NCBI GenBank assembly: GCA_965208125.1
Contig: OZ242320.1
Coordinates: forward strand, 672,001 to 736,000
Source: Candidatus Latescibacterota bacterium
GTDB lineage: Bacteria; Latescibacterota; UBA2968
Length of the DNA stretch: 64,000 bases
Direction of reading: 5' to 3'
Below the pieces are notes generated by a model. It did no database searches. It had not been told where the DNA came from and saw nothing but the letters and a program-made list of their open reading frames with translations. Shown one piece after another: positions 10,069 through 20,697 of this stretch. Numbering within the stretch: the stretch's first letter is position 1; the number at the start of each line of letters is the position of its first letter. A program made the translations under genes and the position numbers.

Positions 10069-12264
10069 TCAAGTCAGGCAATTCTCATCCGACAAAATCT
10101 TGTATGAAGACATAAACGGCACATAAAAAGAAGCAAACGCTTTGGGACCCGAACCATCAAAAAGCACAGTATCGCCAACGAGATCTTTGACAATGCGCTT
10201 GCCACTGCGGCTACCACCCGGTCGCATGGATTTCATCATGCGCTCGGCCTGTTCCAAAAAGCGTTTATCGCCCGAATGCTCATAAGCATGACACAGCGCT
10301 TCCATCTCTCGGGGACCGCCTGCACGCCGCTGGAGACTGGGCAATTCCTTGTAAAAAAAACGCCCATCGGGCATCACACAATGATCGAGCAAATCGCCCA
10401 TCTCTGCCACAATAAGTGGCGGAATGCGACCGTCTCCCGTCGCGGTATAATACCGATGCAACGCATTGATCGCTATAGAAATCATAAAAGGAACGCGCAC
10501 CAGCGTATGCGCGGTATAAGGCGCGAGAAAAGCCCCCCATTTTTCCTTCCACGCAATAAATTGCTCGGCAATACTGCGACACGCATCGAGGTATTTTTCT
10601 TCCCTTGTCTCGATGTACACAGCAATCAAACCGCGCATCGCCCAGCCAGTCTCGCGGGCTTGCTGCCCCCCGGCGCGAGAAAATTTGGGCGAATCGAGAT
10701 GGCGGATCATATTATCCGCAATAGAAATAGCCTTTTCGCGAGCCTCCCGTTTACCGGTCATGTGATAATAATCCAGCAGCCCCTCGGTCCACTCGTGCGA
10801 AGGCGTTACACTACCTGTCACATGCCCCGCCGTGTGAATGGGTTGCCCACCCATCTTGAGTGGATCGTCGCTGTAATGGCAAAAATCCACATCAATCCAG
10901 TGTTGTGCAGCCACACACGCGGCATCTCTAAACCGGCGCTCACCCGTCTTCGCATAGAGCAAAAACATCGCATGTGGAAAATCGTATTCATTATTGGTCC
11001 ACACCAATTCCCCTTTGCCGCGCCCCTGCTGCGTGTACCCGTGATCCGGACCATCGCCCCAGTGCATCATCCCAAGCCCCTGATTGCGCCCATCGGCCAT
11101 ATTGATAATACTGGCTTCAATATCCCAATTTTTATTCGTGGGAAAAAGATTCTCCCAAACATTGGCTTCGCGATACCACGACTCGGGCAAAATACCGATA
11201 TCCGGATATTGAAATTGGAGCGATTGTACAACAACATCATCCAGAGACACGGCAGAAGTGTGAAAATAAAATTGCATGCGATGGGTCTTAGCCACGCCCT
11301 GCAAAATCTTGACGGGATCCTGACTCGCGGGATAAATATCCAGATCAATGCCATCTTCGCCGACTGCAATCCCTTTGGGAAAATTTTGATGCGCTTGAAA
11401 AGGCGTAATACAAACGCCTTTTTCAGCATCGCACCAGTCCGCCCAGAAATCCCCGTAAAACGTATCAAGCACGTGTTCAACAGACTGAAAAACAATCGTC
11501 TCAGCATCCAGAAGACGCGCATTTGCACCCTCTGTTATGGTAGTTTGATAATAACCCTCTCCAGTAGCGCATCGCACATCGCCCGCACCCGATGCGGCGA
11601 ACTTCAGCGCAATTTCTGCCACATCAACGCTCGCTGCCTTCTCCCGATTGATAAACTGATAATCCAGACGAATAAAAGGTTTTCCCGCCCATGCCTCAAT
11701 GAGAACGCGCATATCGAACAACGTGCCCGCATCGCCAACGTGTTTGCCCGCACATTCGACAAGACTCCGCACGGGACCTGACTCCAGAATAGTAATGGTA
11801 TCAATATTGGCGAGATACGATCCACCTTCTGCACCAGCTATACCAAAAGAAGAATTTGCACCAAACCACTCAATACCATTTACGCGAATCGCCTTAAAAA
11901 GATCTGTCTCAAGCCCTACATCAACAGAAAGAACACCCGTATCAATGGTATAGAAATCTCCCCCTTGTGTCACTGTGGTCCTCTCATCGGAATCAGGCGT
12001 AGAAATACTGCCATCAGTGGCAAAAGTGAGATCGTGTGCGCGATTGCCGGGAAGATCAGCCAGAAAATGCGCCATAAGCCACTTAATTGACCCATCGTCC
12101 CAGCGCGCTGTAACATCGGTCTGAACCGCTATATCTGTTCCATCATTACAAATACCAAATTGCCCAGAGTCGGTGAGCCGTCCCTGGGCAAATGGAATAC
12201 CGAGCGAAACGGGTTCGCCAATGCGGTCGTACATCGAAAGTTTGTCAAAATGAATTGTAGCCAT
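10069..12264 (-). CDS. Putative carbohydrate lyase/hydrolase (PcRGLX/YetA-like, alpha/alpha barrel)
   Basis: N-terminal EPVSLGIPF..WDDGSIKW, WTNNEYD, SHEWTEGLLDYYHMTG, RETGW. Confidence 0.6.
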   Translation of the reverse strand: MATIHFDKLSMYDRIGEPVSLGIPFAQGRLTDSGQFGICNDGTDIAVQTDVTARWDDGSIKWLMAHFLADLPGNRAHDLTFATDGSISTPDSDERTTVTQGGDFYTIDTGVLSVDVGLETDLFKAIRVNGIEWFGANSSFGIAGAEGGSYLANIDTITILESGPVRSLVECAGKHVGDAGTLFDMRVLIEAWAGKPFIRLDYQFINREKAASVDVAEIALKFAASGAGDVRCATGEGYYQTTITEGANARLLDAETIVFQSVEHVLDTFYGDFWADWCDAEKGVCITPFQAHQNFPKGIAVGEDGIDLDIYPASQDPVKILQGVAKTHRMQFYFHTSAVSLDDVVVQSLQFQYPDIGILPESWYREANVWENLFPTNKNWDIEASIINMADGRNQGLGMMHWGDGPDHGYTQQGRGKGELVWTNNEYDFPHAMFLLYAKTGERRFRDAACVAAQHWIDVDFCHYSDDPLKMGGQPIHTAGHVTGSVTPSHEWTEGLLDYYHMTGKREAREKAISIADNMIRHLDSPKFSRAGGQQARETGWAMRGLIAVYIETREEKYLDACRSIAEQFIAWKEKWGAFLAPYTAHTLVRVPFMISIAINALHRYYTATGDGRIPPLIVAEMGDLLDHCVMPDGRFFYKELPSLQRRAGGPREMEALCHAYEHSGDKRFLEQAERMMKSMRPGGSRSGKRIVKDLVGDTVLFDGSGPKAFASFYVPFMSSYKILSDENCLT

Positions 12265-12331
12265 AATTTCCTCCCGCAAATTTCTCGATCATCAGATCGA
12301 TAGCCTACAACCTCTTACACGTCACACTTCT

Positions 12332-12625
12332 CTATACAGATATTCGAACCTCAGCATCTACCGGCAGTGCTTCAACAACGAGTAGGGCCAGAGCATCACT
12401 GGCGTCGGGATGAGTGAGAATAGCGTCTGCGGAACTGGGTGCAGGAATCTCATCTCCATCCTCGGCAAGGCCATCCAGATGGAGCGCAAGAGCTTCGGCG
12501 GCCATTTCCCGGGTCTCCTCAATCGTGCGCCCGGCGGTGACGCAACCGGGCAGATCGGGAAAATAGACGCAGTAATCGCTGTCAGGTTCTTTTTCAACCA
12601 AACCTATGTACGTTCGACTATCCAT
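12332..12625 (-). CDS. hicB: HicB-family antitoxin (no adjacent hicA)
   Basis: YCVYFPDLPGCVTAGRTIEETREMAAEAL..IPAPS. Confidence 0.88.
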   Translation of the reverse strand: MDSRTYIGLVEKEPDSDYCVYFPDLPGCVTAGRTIEETREMAAEALALHLDGLAEDGDEIPAPSSADAILTHPDASDALALLVVEALPVDAEVRISV

Positions 12626-12794
12626 AGCTCATATCTTGTAAATACACAAATGAATATATTTTAAAGCGCCACCTCATGCAACAACGCGATAAACTTGACA
12701 ACTTGACGGAGTATAGTTTTATCTTATATTATCGCCACGCAGTTGGATTTTGAAGTCTCTATCTCCTCCACAATCCAATAGAAAGGATTACACT

Positions 12795-13427
12795 ATGTCA
12801 TTGCAGTTAGGCGATGTTGCCCCCGACTTTACAGCAGAAACAACAGAAGGCACCATCAATTTTCACGAATGGTTGGGTGATGGCTGGGGCATTCTGTTCT
12901 CCCATCCCGCCGACTTTACGCCAGTATGCACCACCGAATTGGGCGCCATGGCAAATATCAAAGACGAATTTGATAAGCGTGGCGTCAAAGTTTTAGCCAT
13001 CAGCGTTGATCCCCTCGAATCCCATGAAGGCTGGATTAGCGACATCAACGAAACGCAAAATGCAACCGTCAATTATCCCATGATCGCCGACCCAGACCGC
13101 CAGGTAGCCGATCTCTACGAGATGATCCATCCCAATGCAGATAACACGCTAACCGTGCGATCGGTATTTGTAATTGGACCCGACAAGACCATCAAACTGA
13201 TGCTCACCTACCCCGCATCTACGGGTCGAAACTTCGACGAAATCCTGCGCGTAGTCGATTCTCTGCAACTCACAGCCAAGCACAGTTTGGCCACACCAGT
13301 GAACTGGCGACCCGGCGAAGACGTGATCATTTCACCCACGGTTACAGACGAAGAAGCCGCCGAGCGCTTCCCCGGATATACCGCGGTAAAACCCTATTTG
13401 CGCGTCATACAGCAACCCGCCGAGTAA
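12795..13427 (+). CDS. 1-Cys peroxiredoxin (Prx6)
   Basis: FSHPADFTPVCTTE, YPASTGRNFDEILR; SD AAGGA before ATG 12795. Confidence 0.95.
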   Translation: MSLQLGDVAPDFTAETTEGTINFHEWLGDGWGILFSHPADFTPVCTTELGAMANIKDEFDKRGVKVLAISVDPLESHEGWISDINETQNATVNYPMIADPDRQVADLYEMIHPNADNTLTVRSVFVIGPDKTIKLMLTYPASTGRNFDEILRVVDSLQLTAKHSLATPVNWRPGEDVIISPTVTDEEAAERFPGYTAVKPYLRVIQQPAE

Positions 13428-13446
13428 ACGACCATCCGCAAAAAGC

Positions 13447-13480
13447 AAAAGGTCTGTGACAAATGTCACAGACCTTTTTT
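13447..13480. terminator. Bidirectional intrinsic terminator
   Basis: aaaaggtctgtgaca-aa-tgtcacagacctttt perfect hairpin between convergent genes. Confidence 0.85.
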
Positions 13481-13495
13481 ATTTTTTTTACCAAT

Positions 13496-15931
13496 CTACT
13501 CATGCCGCAACGCTTCCACCGGATTAGACAGCGCCGCGCGAAGGGCGTGGAAACTCACAGTAAACAACGCAATCGCCAGGGCAACCACACCACTCAACAC
13601 AAATATCCACCACGAAAGATCCGTGCGATAGGCAAAACTTTCCAACCAACTTTGCATGACAAAATAGACAACCGGCCATGCAAACAGATTCGCAATCAGA
13701 ACCATAATGGCAAATGTCCTGGAAATTAAAAGCACAATATTTGACACACTCGCACCCAACACCTTTCGCACCCCAATCTCTTTCACGCGCTGCTCAACCG
13801 TAAATGCCGCAAGGCCAAAAAGACCCATACACGCGAGCAAAATCGCCATCCCCGAAGAGAGCAATGTCAGCGCCTGCGCCCGTTGCTCTGCAGAGTACAT
13901 ATATTCAAACTGCTGATCCCACATCATATATTCAAAAGGCTGATCTGCAGGAACGAATTGCTTCCATGTCTCTTCAAAAAAAGCGAGCGTCTCTTCCATC
14001 CCCTCGGCTTTGACGCGCACGCCCAGATTGTAAAATTGCTGGTGCCGAATCGTCAGCACAATGGGACCAATTTCATCTCGCAACGAACTGAAGTGAAAGT
14101 CCTGCACAACGCCAATCACCGTCCCCTTTCGATTTCTCACCCGATCAATCCACTCAAAAGATTTGCCAATAGGATCATCCCAACCGAGCCGAGCCACCGC
14201 CGTTTCATTAATAATAAAAGCTCTCGACGTATCTGTGGGAAATGCAATTGGATCAAATTTGCGCCCTTCTACCAGCCCAATTTGAAACACATCGAGAAAA
14301 TCTTCATCGACCTCCAGAAGGGGCATGCGCCAGTCTGTACCCTCGTGTCCTTCTGCCCGAAGGGTCCGGATAATACCCCCACCCCATCCAAGCCCCCAGC
14401 GATAAGCCGTCACCTCAAGCACATTCGGATGGGCGCGAAAAGCCTCTTTCACCGTAGCATAACGGGCGGCGAGCTTTTGTCCCGGGTCCGATTTTGTCTC
14501 CTGATCGAGAACAAATATGGGTATGAGCACCATCTGCTCCATATTAAAACCCAGATTCTTGTTTCTGATATAATCGAGTTGCTGATAGATCACCCCCGTA
14601 CTCGCAAGCAGAATAATTGAAATTGCAAACTGCACCACCACCAGCCCCTTGCGAATCCACTGCCCCCGAGAACCCGCGCGAAACGCCCCCTTTAGCGTCT
14701 CCGCAGGTTCATACGCCGAAAGAAAAAATGCGGGATAAACGCCAGCCAACAGCCCGACGAATATAGCTATACCAATCAAAGGGATTACAAGCAACGGATC
14801 GCTCGACAAATTCAACTCGATCTGCATGAAGAAAAAGGTGTTAAACTCGGGAAGCACGAATTTAACGGCAACAAGCGCGAGCACAAGCGCGACCAGTGCT
14901 GTGAGAACAGACTCACCCAAAAACTGACCCATCAGTTGTGAACGATACGCTCCCGACACCTTTCGCAAACCCACCTCGTGCGCCCTGCGAGCCGATTGCG
15001 CCGTGGTCAAATTTGTAAAATTGATACATCCAATTGCAAGGACCAGAACCGCAATAGCCCCAAATTGATAGACGCGGTCAATATCGCCGAACCACTCCAG
15101 ATCATAGTCCTTCCTCGAATAGAGATAAATGCGATTGAGAGGCTGGAGATGATACGCATTTGTGCGCGCAATCTCTGCCCCCATATAGCGATCGATAAAT
15201 TCAGGTAATTTTGCAGACAGTGCCTTTGGATCCGCCCCTTCTCGCAGCAGAAAATACGTATTGACGGGACGCCAACCGTCAGTTGGTATCCAATCTTCCC
15301 AGGCGTATTTCGCGCCTGGGGACGTAAATCCACCTGTTGAAACATAATCGAATTGCAGTGTAGAATTGTGAGGCACATCTTTTAATACCGCTGTGATGGT
15401 GCGTTCGCCTCCGTGATGATTGCTCTCAGCGGTGATGGTCTTCCCAATCGGATCTTCGTCTCCAAACAACACCTTTGCCGCTGATTCCGTTATCGCGATC
15501 GCATTGGGATTGGGAAATGCGGTTTCGAGATTGCCGCGCACAAAGGGAAAATCGAAAATTTCAAACATCTCTGGATCGGCAACACAGACACTCATATCAA
15601 ACTTCTTTTCGCCCAAATGCACATCTAAGAACACTAACATCACGCGCACGGCTTTTTCCACCTCGGGAAAGTCCCGCTCAAGTGCCCGCGCCAGCGCGCC
15701 CGACGTATATGGCAAATAATCCGACTGCCCCCCGGCTCTGGTCTCCCGGATAACCTGGTAGATCCGATCTCCTTTTGCATGCCAACTGTCAACACTCAAC
15801 TCATCCTGAATATAGAGCACGATCAAAATGCACGTACCCAGACCAATGGCAAGCCCCAGAATATTAATCGCACTAAAAGTCTTTTGCCGATTGAGATTTC
15901 TCAGTGCGATAACCAGATAATTTTTAAACAC
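13496..15931 (-). CDS. MacB/FtsX-family ABC transporter permease
   Basis: Same architecture as 4403-6775; EQRVKEIGVRKVLGAS, NPVEALRHE. Confidence 0.92.
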   Translation of the reverse strand: MFKNYLVIALRNLNRQKTFSAINILGLAIGLGTCILIVLYIQDELSVDSWHAKGDRIYQVIRETRAGGQSDYLPYTSGALARALERDFPEVEKAVRVMLVFLDVHLGEKKFDMSVCVADPEMFEIFDFPFVRGNLETAFPNPNAIAITESAAKVLFGDEDPIGKTITAESNHHGGERTITAVLKDVPHNSTLQFDYVSTGGFTSPGAKYAWEDWIPTDGWRPVNTYFLLREGADPKALSAKLPEFIDRYMGAEIARTNAYHLQPLNRIYLYSRKDYDLEWFGDIDRVYQFGAIAVLVLAIGCINFTNLTTAQSARRAHEVGLRKVSGAYRSQLMGQFLGESVLTALVALVLALVAVKFVLPEFNTFFFMQIELNLSSDPLLVIPLIGIAIFVGLLAGVYPAFFLSAYEPAETLKGAFRAGSRGQWIRKGLVVVQFAISIILLASTGVIYQQLDYIRNKNLGFNMEQMVLIPIFVLDQETKSDPGQKLAARYATVKEAFRAHPNVLEVTAYRWGLGWGGGIIRTLRAEGHEGTDWRMPLLEVDEDFLDVFQIGLVEGRKFDPIAFPTDTSRAFIINETAVARLGWDDPIGKSFEWIDRVRNRKGTVIGVVQDFHFSSLRDEIGPIVLTIRHQQFYNLGVRVKAEGMEETLAFFEETWKQFVPADQPFEYMMWDQQFEYMYSAEQRAQALTLLSSGMAILLACMGLFGLAAFTVEQRVKEIGVRKVLGASVSNIVLLISRTFAIMVLIANLFAWPVVYFVMQSWLESFAYRTDLSWWIFVLSGVVALAIALFTVSFHALRAALSNPVEALRHE

Positions 15932-15976
15932 AACAACCCGCCTCCGTTATAAATAAAACTAAATTCATCACGTACG

Positions 15977-16005
15977 AGTGTAGCTACGATCTTCAGAACC
16001 GTCAA
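15977..16005 (-). promoter_or_regulatory. Candidate sigma70 promoter
   Basis: TTGACG-N17-TACACT on the minus strand upstream of the permease. Confidence 0.45.
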
Positions 16006-16146
16006 GGTTTAGAGCATATAATTTCCCATTAAAAACCATCACCCATTGGACACACCTTGACCGCAGAGGGTTTCTCTTTAAACACATAATACATTATATT
16101 GAGTGATATTCCCCGCTCTCCCATACATCCTCTGCCTGATCGAGAT

Positions 16147-16992
16147 ATGAAGACCTTTACTCGCACAACCCTCTATCTCATCATCCTCTCTACCTTCTTA
16201 CCCGGATGCAAAGACAAACCCACCGCACCGCCGGAAGAACCAGAGGCGCCGCCCCCCGTTGTATCCCAGACGCAAACAGGTATCCAGATTACAACCCATG
16301 TGGGCACGACGCACACCCTCATCTTAATACCCGAAGGCCCATTCGAAATGGGCGCCAACAACGGCATCCGCAACGAAGGACCAGAACACACCGTACACCT
16401 CAAAGCCTATTACATAGACCACACAGAAGTCACCAATGCCCAATGGAACCCCTACGCCATCGCAGAACGCCAACTGCCCAACTTCGACCCGCCCGAACAT
16501 CCCGTTGTCAACATCAACTGGTTTCAAGCCGGCGAATACTGCGAATGGCTCGGCGGACGCCTGCCCACCGAAGCCGAATGGGAAAAAGCAGCGCGCGGAA
16601 CAGACGGGCGCATCTATCCCTGGGGCGCTGCCCCGGACCCCAACCGCGCCAACTACCTCAACAGCGGCGACCCCTTTGACAATGGCACAGCACCTGTTGC
16701 ATATTATCGGGAAGGCAATAGAGACGGGCGCAGCCCTTATGGCGTATTGGACATGGCTGGCAATGTTTGGGAGTGGACACAAGACGAATACGACAGCGCG
16801 TACTATCAACGCAGCCCACGCGACAACCCCGTCAATTACGAACTCAGAACCCACTTCTTACACCTCGAACGCGTCGTGCGCGGTGGATCCTGGTTCAGCA
16901 CGGCCTTCCTGGTACGCACAACCGCACGCGACGCCCGAACATCCAACATCCAAACCGATACTCTGGGATTTCGGTGCGTGGTGGATCGGTAA
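16147..16992 (+). CDS. FGE-sulfatase (SUMF1)-domain lipoprotein
   Basis: Lipobox LPGC, RLPTEAEWEKAARG, DMAGNVWEW, RGGSW, GFRC; catalytic FGE cysteines absent. Confidence 0.88.
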   Translation: MKTFTRTTLYLIILSTFLPGCKDKPTAPPEEPEAPPPVVSQTQTGIQITTHVGTTHTLILIPEGPFEMGANNGIRNEGPEHTVHLKAYYIDHTEVTNAQWNPYAIAERQLPNFDPPEHPVVNINWFQAGEYCEWLGGRLPTEAEWEKAARGTDGRIYPWGAAPDPNRANYLNSGDPFDNGTAPVAYYREGNRDGRSPYGVLDMAGNVWEWTQDEYDSAYYQRSPRDNPVNYELRTHFLHLERVVRGGSWFSTAFLVRTTARDARTSNIQTDTLGFRCVVDR

Positions 16993-17054
16993 TTTTAAAT
17001 AGATATTGGCGTTACGCATACTTGGGTGATATAAACCATCATTTTTCCTTTTAT

Positions 17055-17235
17055 GCCTTCGGCGACTTCATTTTTTTGCGCGCCCAAAAAAATGAAGCAA
17101 AAAAAGGGCGCCCCTGCGGGGGGCTGGCACAGCGCAAACCGTTTCTGTGGTAATACGACATGCTGTGGCCTGCACAGTTGGGATATCATCAAGATGTCCA
17201 CTGCGAATCGGACTCACGCGCTGTGCACAATGGCT
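17055..17235. other. Structured intergenic element (pseudoknot-capable; candidate ncRNA or MITE-like repeat)
   Basis: 12-bp stem 17066-77/17086-97; loop gcgccc complementary to gggcgc 17106-11; outer stem 17127-35/17218-26. Confidence 0.5.
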
Positions 17236-17308
17236 TTGATTGATGGCGTTTTTTGAAGGTGCGTTTTGTAATGCTTTATCTGAAGTACTGCGTAACATCA
17301 GTTATAAA

Positions 17309-17354
17309 TACAAAGGACACGCATTCATATCGAGTGCATGTCCTTTGTACTTTT
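17309..17354. terminator. Hairpin terminator between convergent units
   Basis: tacaaaggacacgcattc/gagtgcatgtcctttgta followed by tttt. Confidence 0.6.
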
Positions 17355-17404
17355 CGACAAAGATCAAAGGCCGAGGATTTTGAGAAGCCTTTTCAGTTCA
17401 CTTT

Positions 17405-18166
17405 TTAACCAATCTTTGGAATACCACCGAGCACCCCCGCCCGGTATTTGGGATAGAGACGCGTATCGCGGCGGAGACCCTGCACATCTTGTGCTCCATG
17501 CACACGAGTCGCGCCACTGCTATCCTTCTCTACAATAAAAATCTCCTCCTTTTCCAGATTGTCGAGCAAGCCAACATTGTGAGAGGAGACAAAAAGCTGT
17601 GCGCCTGAAGGATTGACCTCTTGAGAGCGGAACCAGCTAAGAATTTCTCCGGCAATATCCACATGGAGATCGCCATCTATCTCGTCGAGGACAACAGGAA
17701 CGCCATGGCGGAGCGCGAGACCGATCTGAGGCAACAGATGGAACAGGCGTTTCGTCCCACTGGATTCAAAACGCAGGGGGATCCGCGTATCAAGCCCATG
17801 ATGGTCAAAGAACACTTCCTTTTCCCCAGATTGCTCAGAAATCGTTATATCCTGAATCCCCAAATCACTGGATCGGATATGATTTCTAATCCAGGATCTC
17901 ATATCGGGAACACTCTCGAATATATCCACCACCGTTTGGGTTGGAGGTGCCCATCTCTCATGAAACATGATATTGGATGTGAAAAAAAAAGGTTCCATCC
18001 AGTCTGCAATACGCATTGCCAAGGACACATTGAGCAGGGCGAGCGTGGCGATCACCGATGTGTCTGCCCTAACCGCCTAGAGGCGATCATCTTTGGGCTT
18101 AAGACCAAATTCTTTAGAAATGTATATAGGTTTTCCCGGGGCACCGCGCTCGAATTTTCGTCGAGA
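17405..18166 (-). pseudogene. 5'-truncated AAA_21/RloA-like ATPase with an in-frame TAG
   Basis: ESSGTKRLF, VLDEIDGDLH, SSHN, YRAGVLGGIP present; no Walker A; frame continues upstream past TAG at 18077-18079. Confidence 0.75.
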
Positions 18167-18190
18167 TAGCAATATAATAGTCAAAAAATA

Positions 18191-18235
18191 GAGGGGCAAT
18201 CAGGGCTCCGCTCTTGTGGCCTGATTGCCCCTTTT
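18191..18235. terminator. GC-rich hairpin
   Basis: aggggcaatcagg...cctgattgcccct followed by tttt. Confidence 0.5.
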
Positions 18236-18366
18236 CGTGTATAAAACTACTATGCCTTTTTTTATTGTATCGATAGAAACAAATTTCATCGCATAAATCC
18301 ACGTAATTAATTATACTACTTCTCAATCACATCAGCGGGTTTTGGTATGTCTGAGGAGACAATCTC

Positions 18367-19776
18367 ATGACATCAGACATAAATTACGCAAGCTGGCCTC
18401 GGCATGTGGCGCGTCACATCGACGTGGGCGCTCAGAAGCAACTCTTTCTGGACGACGGGTTTCTGGTAGAACGCGCTGAAGGGATTCGCTATGTCATGCA
18501 CCAGCCAGTAAAACACCCGCACAACCCGCTGCTCGTGCCCGACATGCCCTATGAATTGCAGGTACAACTCTACGGCTCCGTCCTGTGGGATAAAGAAGAC
18601 CAAACCTACAAAATGTGGTACACAAATCGCACCTTCAAATACGGCAAAGACAGCGCGGTACTGATGGCCTATGCCACCTCTGAAGACGGACTCAAATGGA
18701 CAAAACCCACCCTCAACATCCTGCCCCATGAAGGATCCGCAAAAAATAACCTCCTGCTGGATCCCGGACCCGGCGGCAGTGGCGGCGTATGCGTTTTAAA
18801 AACCCCTGATGAGCGGAACCCCAACAAAAAATACAAAATGCTCTACAAAACCATCGAAGAAGGCGGCGGACTAAAAGTCGCATTCTCCCCAGACGGCATC
18901 CACTGGACAAAACACCCCAAAACCGTCTTACCCGGCGTCTTCGACACATTCAACGTCGCAATACAGGACAACGACAAATACGTCGCGTACGTACGCATAA
19001 ACCAGAGACCGCGAAAGCGACACCGCGCATTGGGACGCATCGAATCCGCAGACTTTATCCACTGGACCACACCCACAATCGTCCTGAAACCAGATGAACA
19101 CGACCCCGAAGACACAGATATCTACACATCCGCTGCATTTAAGTACCCACAAGCGGACTATGCCTATATTATGATGCCCAGCCTTTTTGATTGGCGAACC
19201 GGAAAACTCCAGGTACAATTGGCCACGAGTCGGGACAATGCAAATTGGAATCGAGCGGGGAACCGCGAGATCTTCATCCCATTGGGAAAACCAAACAGTT
19301 ATGAATCGGAAGAAATCATGGTCGGCGCGCCATCAGTCGTAAAAGATCAGATCTACATCTACTACCACGGCAGCAACCGGCCACACTGGAACGGAATGGG
19401 ACGTCCATTTGAAGAAAAAAGCGGCATTGGTCTGGCAACACTGCGCCTGGATGGCTTCATCTCGATTGACGCAGGCGAAAAACCGAGCGGTGGCACAATA
19501 ACAACCGTACCCATACAATTCTCGGGCACCCACCTGGAAATAAACGCAGATGCAACCTGGGGGGAAATACGCGTCGAAATTTTAAACGACGAAAATGAAG
19601 TAATCGAAGGATTTGATCGCCTATCGTGCCAACCCGTAATCGGCGACTCCGTGCGCCATCGCGTCTCCTGGTCGGGCGGCGATGTACGCACCCTGATCGG
19701 AACAACCGTGAAACTGCGATTTCATATCCTCTGCGCCCGGCTCTACGCCTTTCAATTCAGCACAAAACACCCCTGA
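18367..19776 (+). CDS. Putative five-bladed beta-propeller glycoside hydrolase
   Basis: YKMWY, YATSEDGLKWTKP, SPDGIHW Asp-box-like motifs, GLATLRLDGF. Confidence 0.7.
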   Translation: MTSDINYASWPRHVARHIDVGAQKQLFLDDGFLVERAEGIRYVMHQPVKHPHNPLLVPDMPYELQVQLYGSVLWDKEDQTYKMWYTNRTFKYGKDSAVLMAYATSEDGLKWTKPTLNILPHEGSAKNNLLLDPGPGGSGGVCVLKTPDERNPNKKYKMLYKTIEEGGGLKVAFSPDGIHWTKHPKTVLPGVFDTFNVAIQDNDKYVAYVRINQRPRKRHRALGRIESADFIHWTTPTIVLKPDEHDPEDTDIYTSAAFKYPQADYAYIMMPSLFDWRTGKLQVQLATSRDNANWNRAGNREIFIPLGKPNSYESEEIMVGAPSVVKDQIYIYYHGSNRPHWNGMGRPFEEKSGIGLATLRLDGFISIDAGEKPSGGTITTVPIQFSGTHLEINADATWGEIRVEILNDENEVIEGFDRLSCQPVIGDSVRHRVSWSGGDVRTLIGTTVKLRFHILCARLYAFQFSTKHP

Positions 19777-19790
19777 CCTAAGGAGACCCC

Positions 19791-20696
19791 ATGCCTTCAC
19801 ACTTTGTATTTGTCACAGACAGCCATCACCACGCCGCTGCCGAAAAAGACTTCGGCGCGCCCAAAATGCTGACGCGCAGCCACGAAATACACCGTGCAAT
19901 GGTACCCGCCATCAACGCCTGCAAAGCGGACTTCATCGTACACGGCGGCGACGTGGTCTGCGGCGGCGGGGCATTTGAAATGCCCTTTGATATTTATTTG
20001 CAAACCATAGACGAAGCCAAAAACGCGTTTGACGGCCTTCACGCGCCCACATACTACGTCCCGGGCAATCACGATTGCGATGCCCAGGAAGGAAGTTTTG
20101 AGGCTTTTGCCAGACAATTTCCAATCCCCGAAACCCTGGACATCGTCGAAGCCGCACCGCGCCTGCGCTTGGCGCTCGCCAACGTATATCCCATCAGCCC
20201 ACTGGAAGACAGTTTGGGCACATGGACAGAAGCACACGACCGCATCTTGCGCGAAGCCGCCGCAAAAGCTCATAATGACCGTTGCGCGCTCATCCTGTTC
20301 ATTCACCCCTGGGTCTTCCCCCAATACGAAGCACAGGCCGATTTCGTACCGAGTGGCGTTGTCACCAACGCCGAGCAACTCATGGAAGCCGTAAAAGATC
20401 TGCCCGCTGTCATAGCCATCTTCACCGGACACAGACACATCAACCGCATCCGCATGTATCGCGACTTCCTCATCGTTGACACCGCCTGCCTGATTGGTTT
20501 CCCATTGGGATTCCGCGAAATCTGGCTCACAGAAGACGGCTATTTCAAAACGCGCTTCCGCACACTGGACCTGCCCGACCTGATGCAGGCTTCCTTTGAC
20601 CGCTCCCCCGTAAAAACAAATCAAATGTGGCAAGGCGAAGTCCACGATCGCGACACAGAAATCTTAATCCCGCGACTAAAAGCACTCTGGGAATAA
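19791..20696 (+). CDS. Calcineurin-like metallophosphoesterase
   Basis: TDSH, HGGD, PGNHD, GHRH motifs. Confidence 0.88.
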   Translation: MPSHFVFVTDSHHHAAAEKDFGAPKMLTRSHEIHRAMVPAINACKADFIVHGGDVVCGGGAFEMPFDIYLQTIDEAKNAFDGLHAPTYYVPGNHDCDAQEGSFEAFARQFPIPETLDIVEAAPRLRLALANVYPISPLEDSLGTWTEAHDRILREAAAKAHNDRCALILFIHPWVFPQYEAQADFVPSGVVTNAEQLMEAVKDLPAVIAIFTGHRHINRIRMYRDFLIVDTACLIGFPLGFREIWLTEDGYFKTRFRTLDLPDLMQASFDRSPVKTNQMWQGEVHDRDTEILIPRLKALWE

Positions 20697-20697
20697 A

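Noticed and set aside
10276-11781. 501-aa plus-strand ORF (also 2744-3379, 48925-50190, 58893-59909, 61750-62742)
   Set aside because: Antisense shadows of well-supported genes, with no recognisable motifs.
16147-16992. True formylglycine-generating enzyme
   Set aside because: The catalytic cysteine motif is absent; only the fold is present.
18077-18079. Amber read-through or pyrrolysine recoding
   Set aside because: The gene also lacks its 5' half and other genes here use TAG as a stop; a pseudogene is the simpler explanation.
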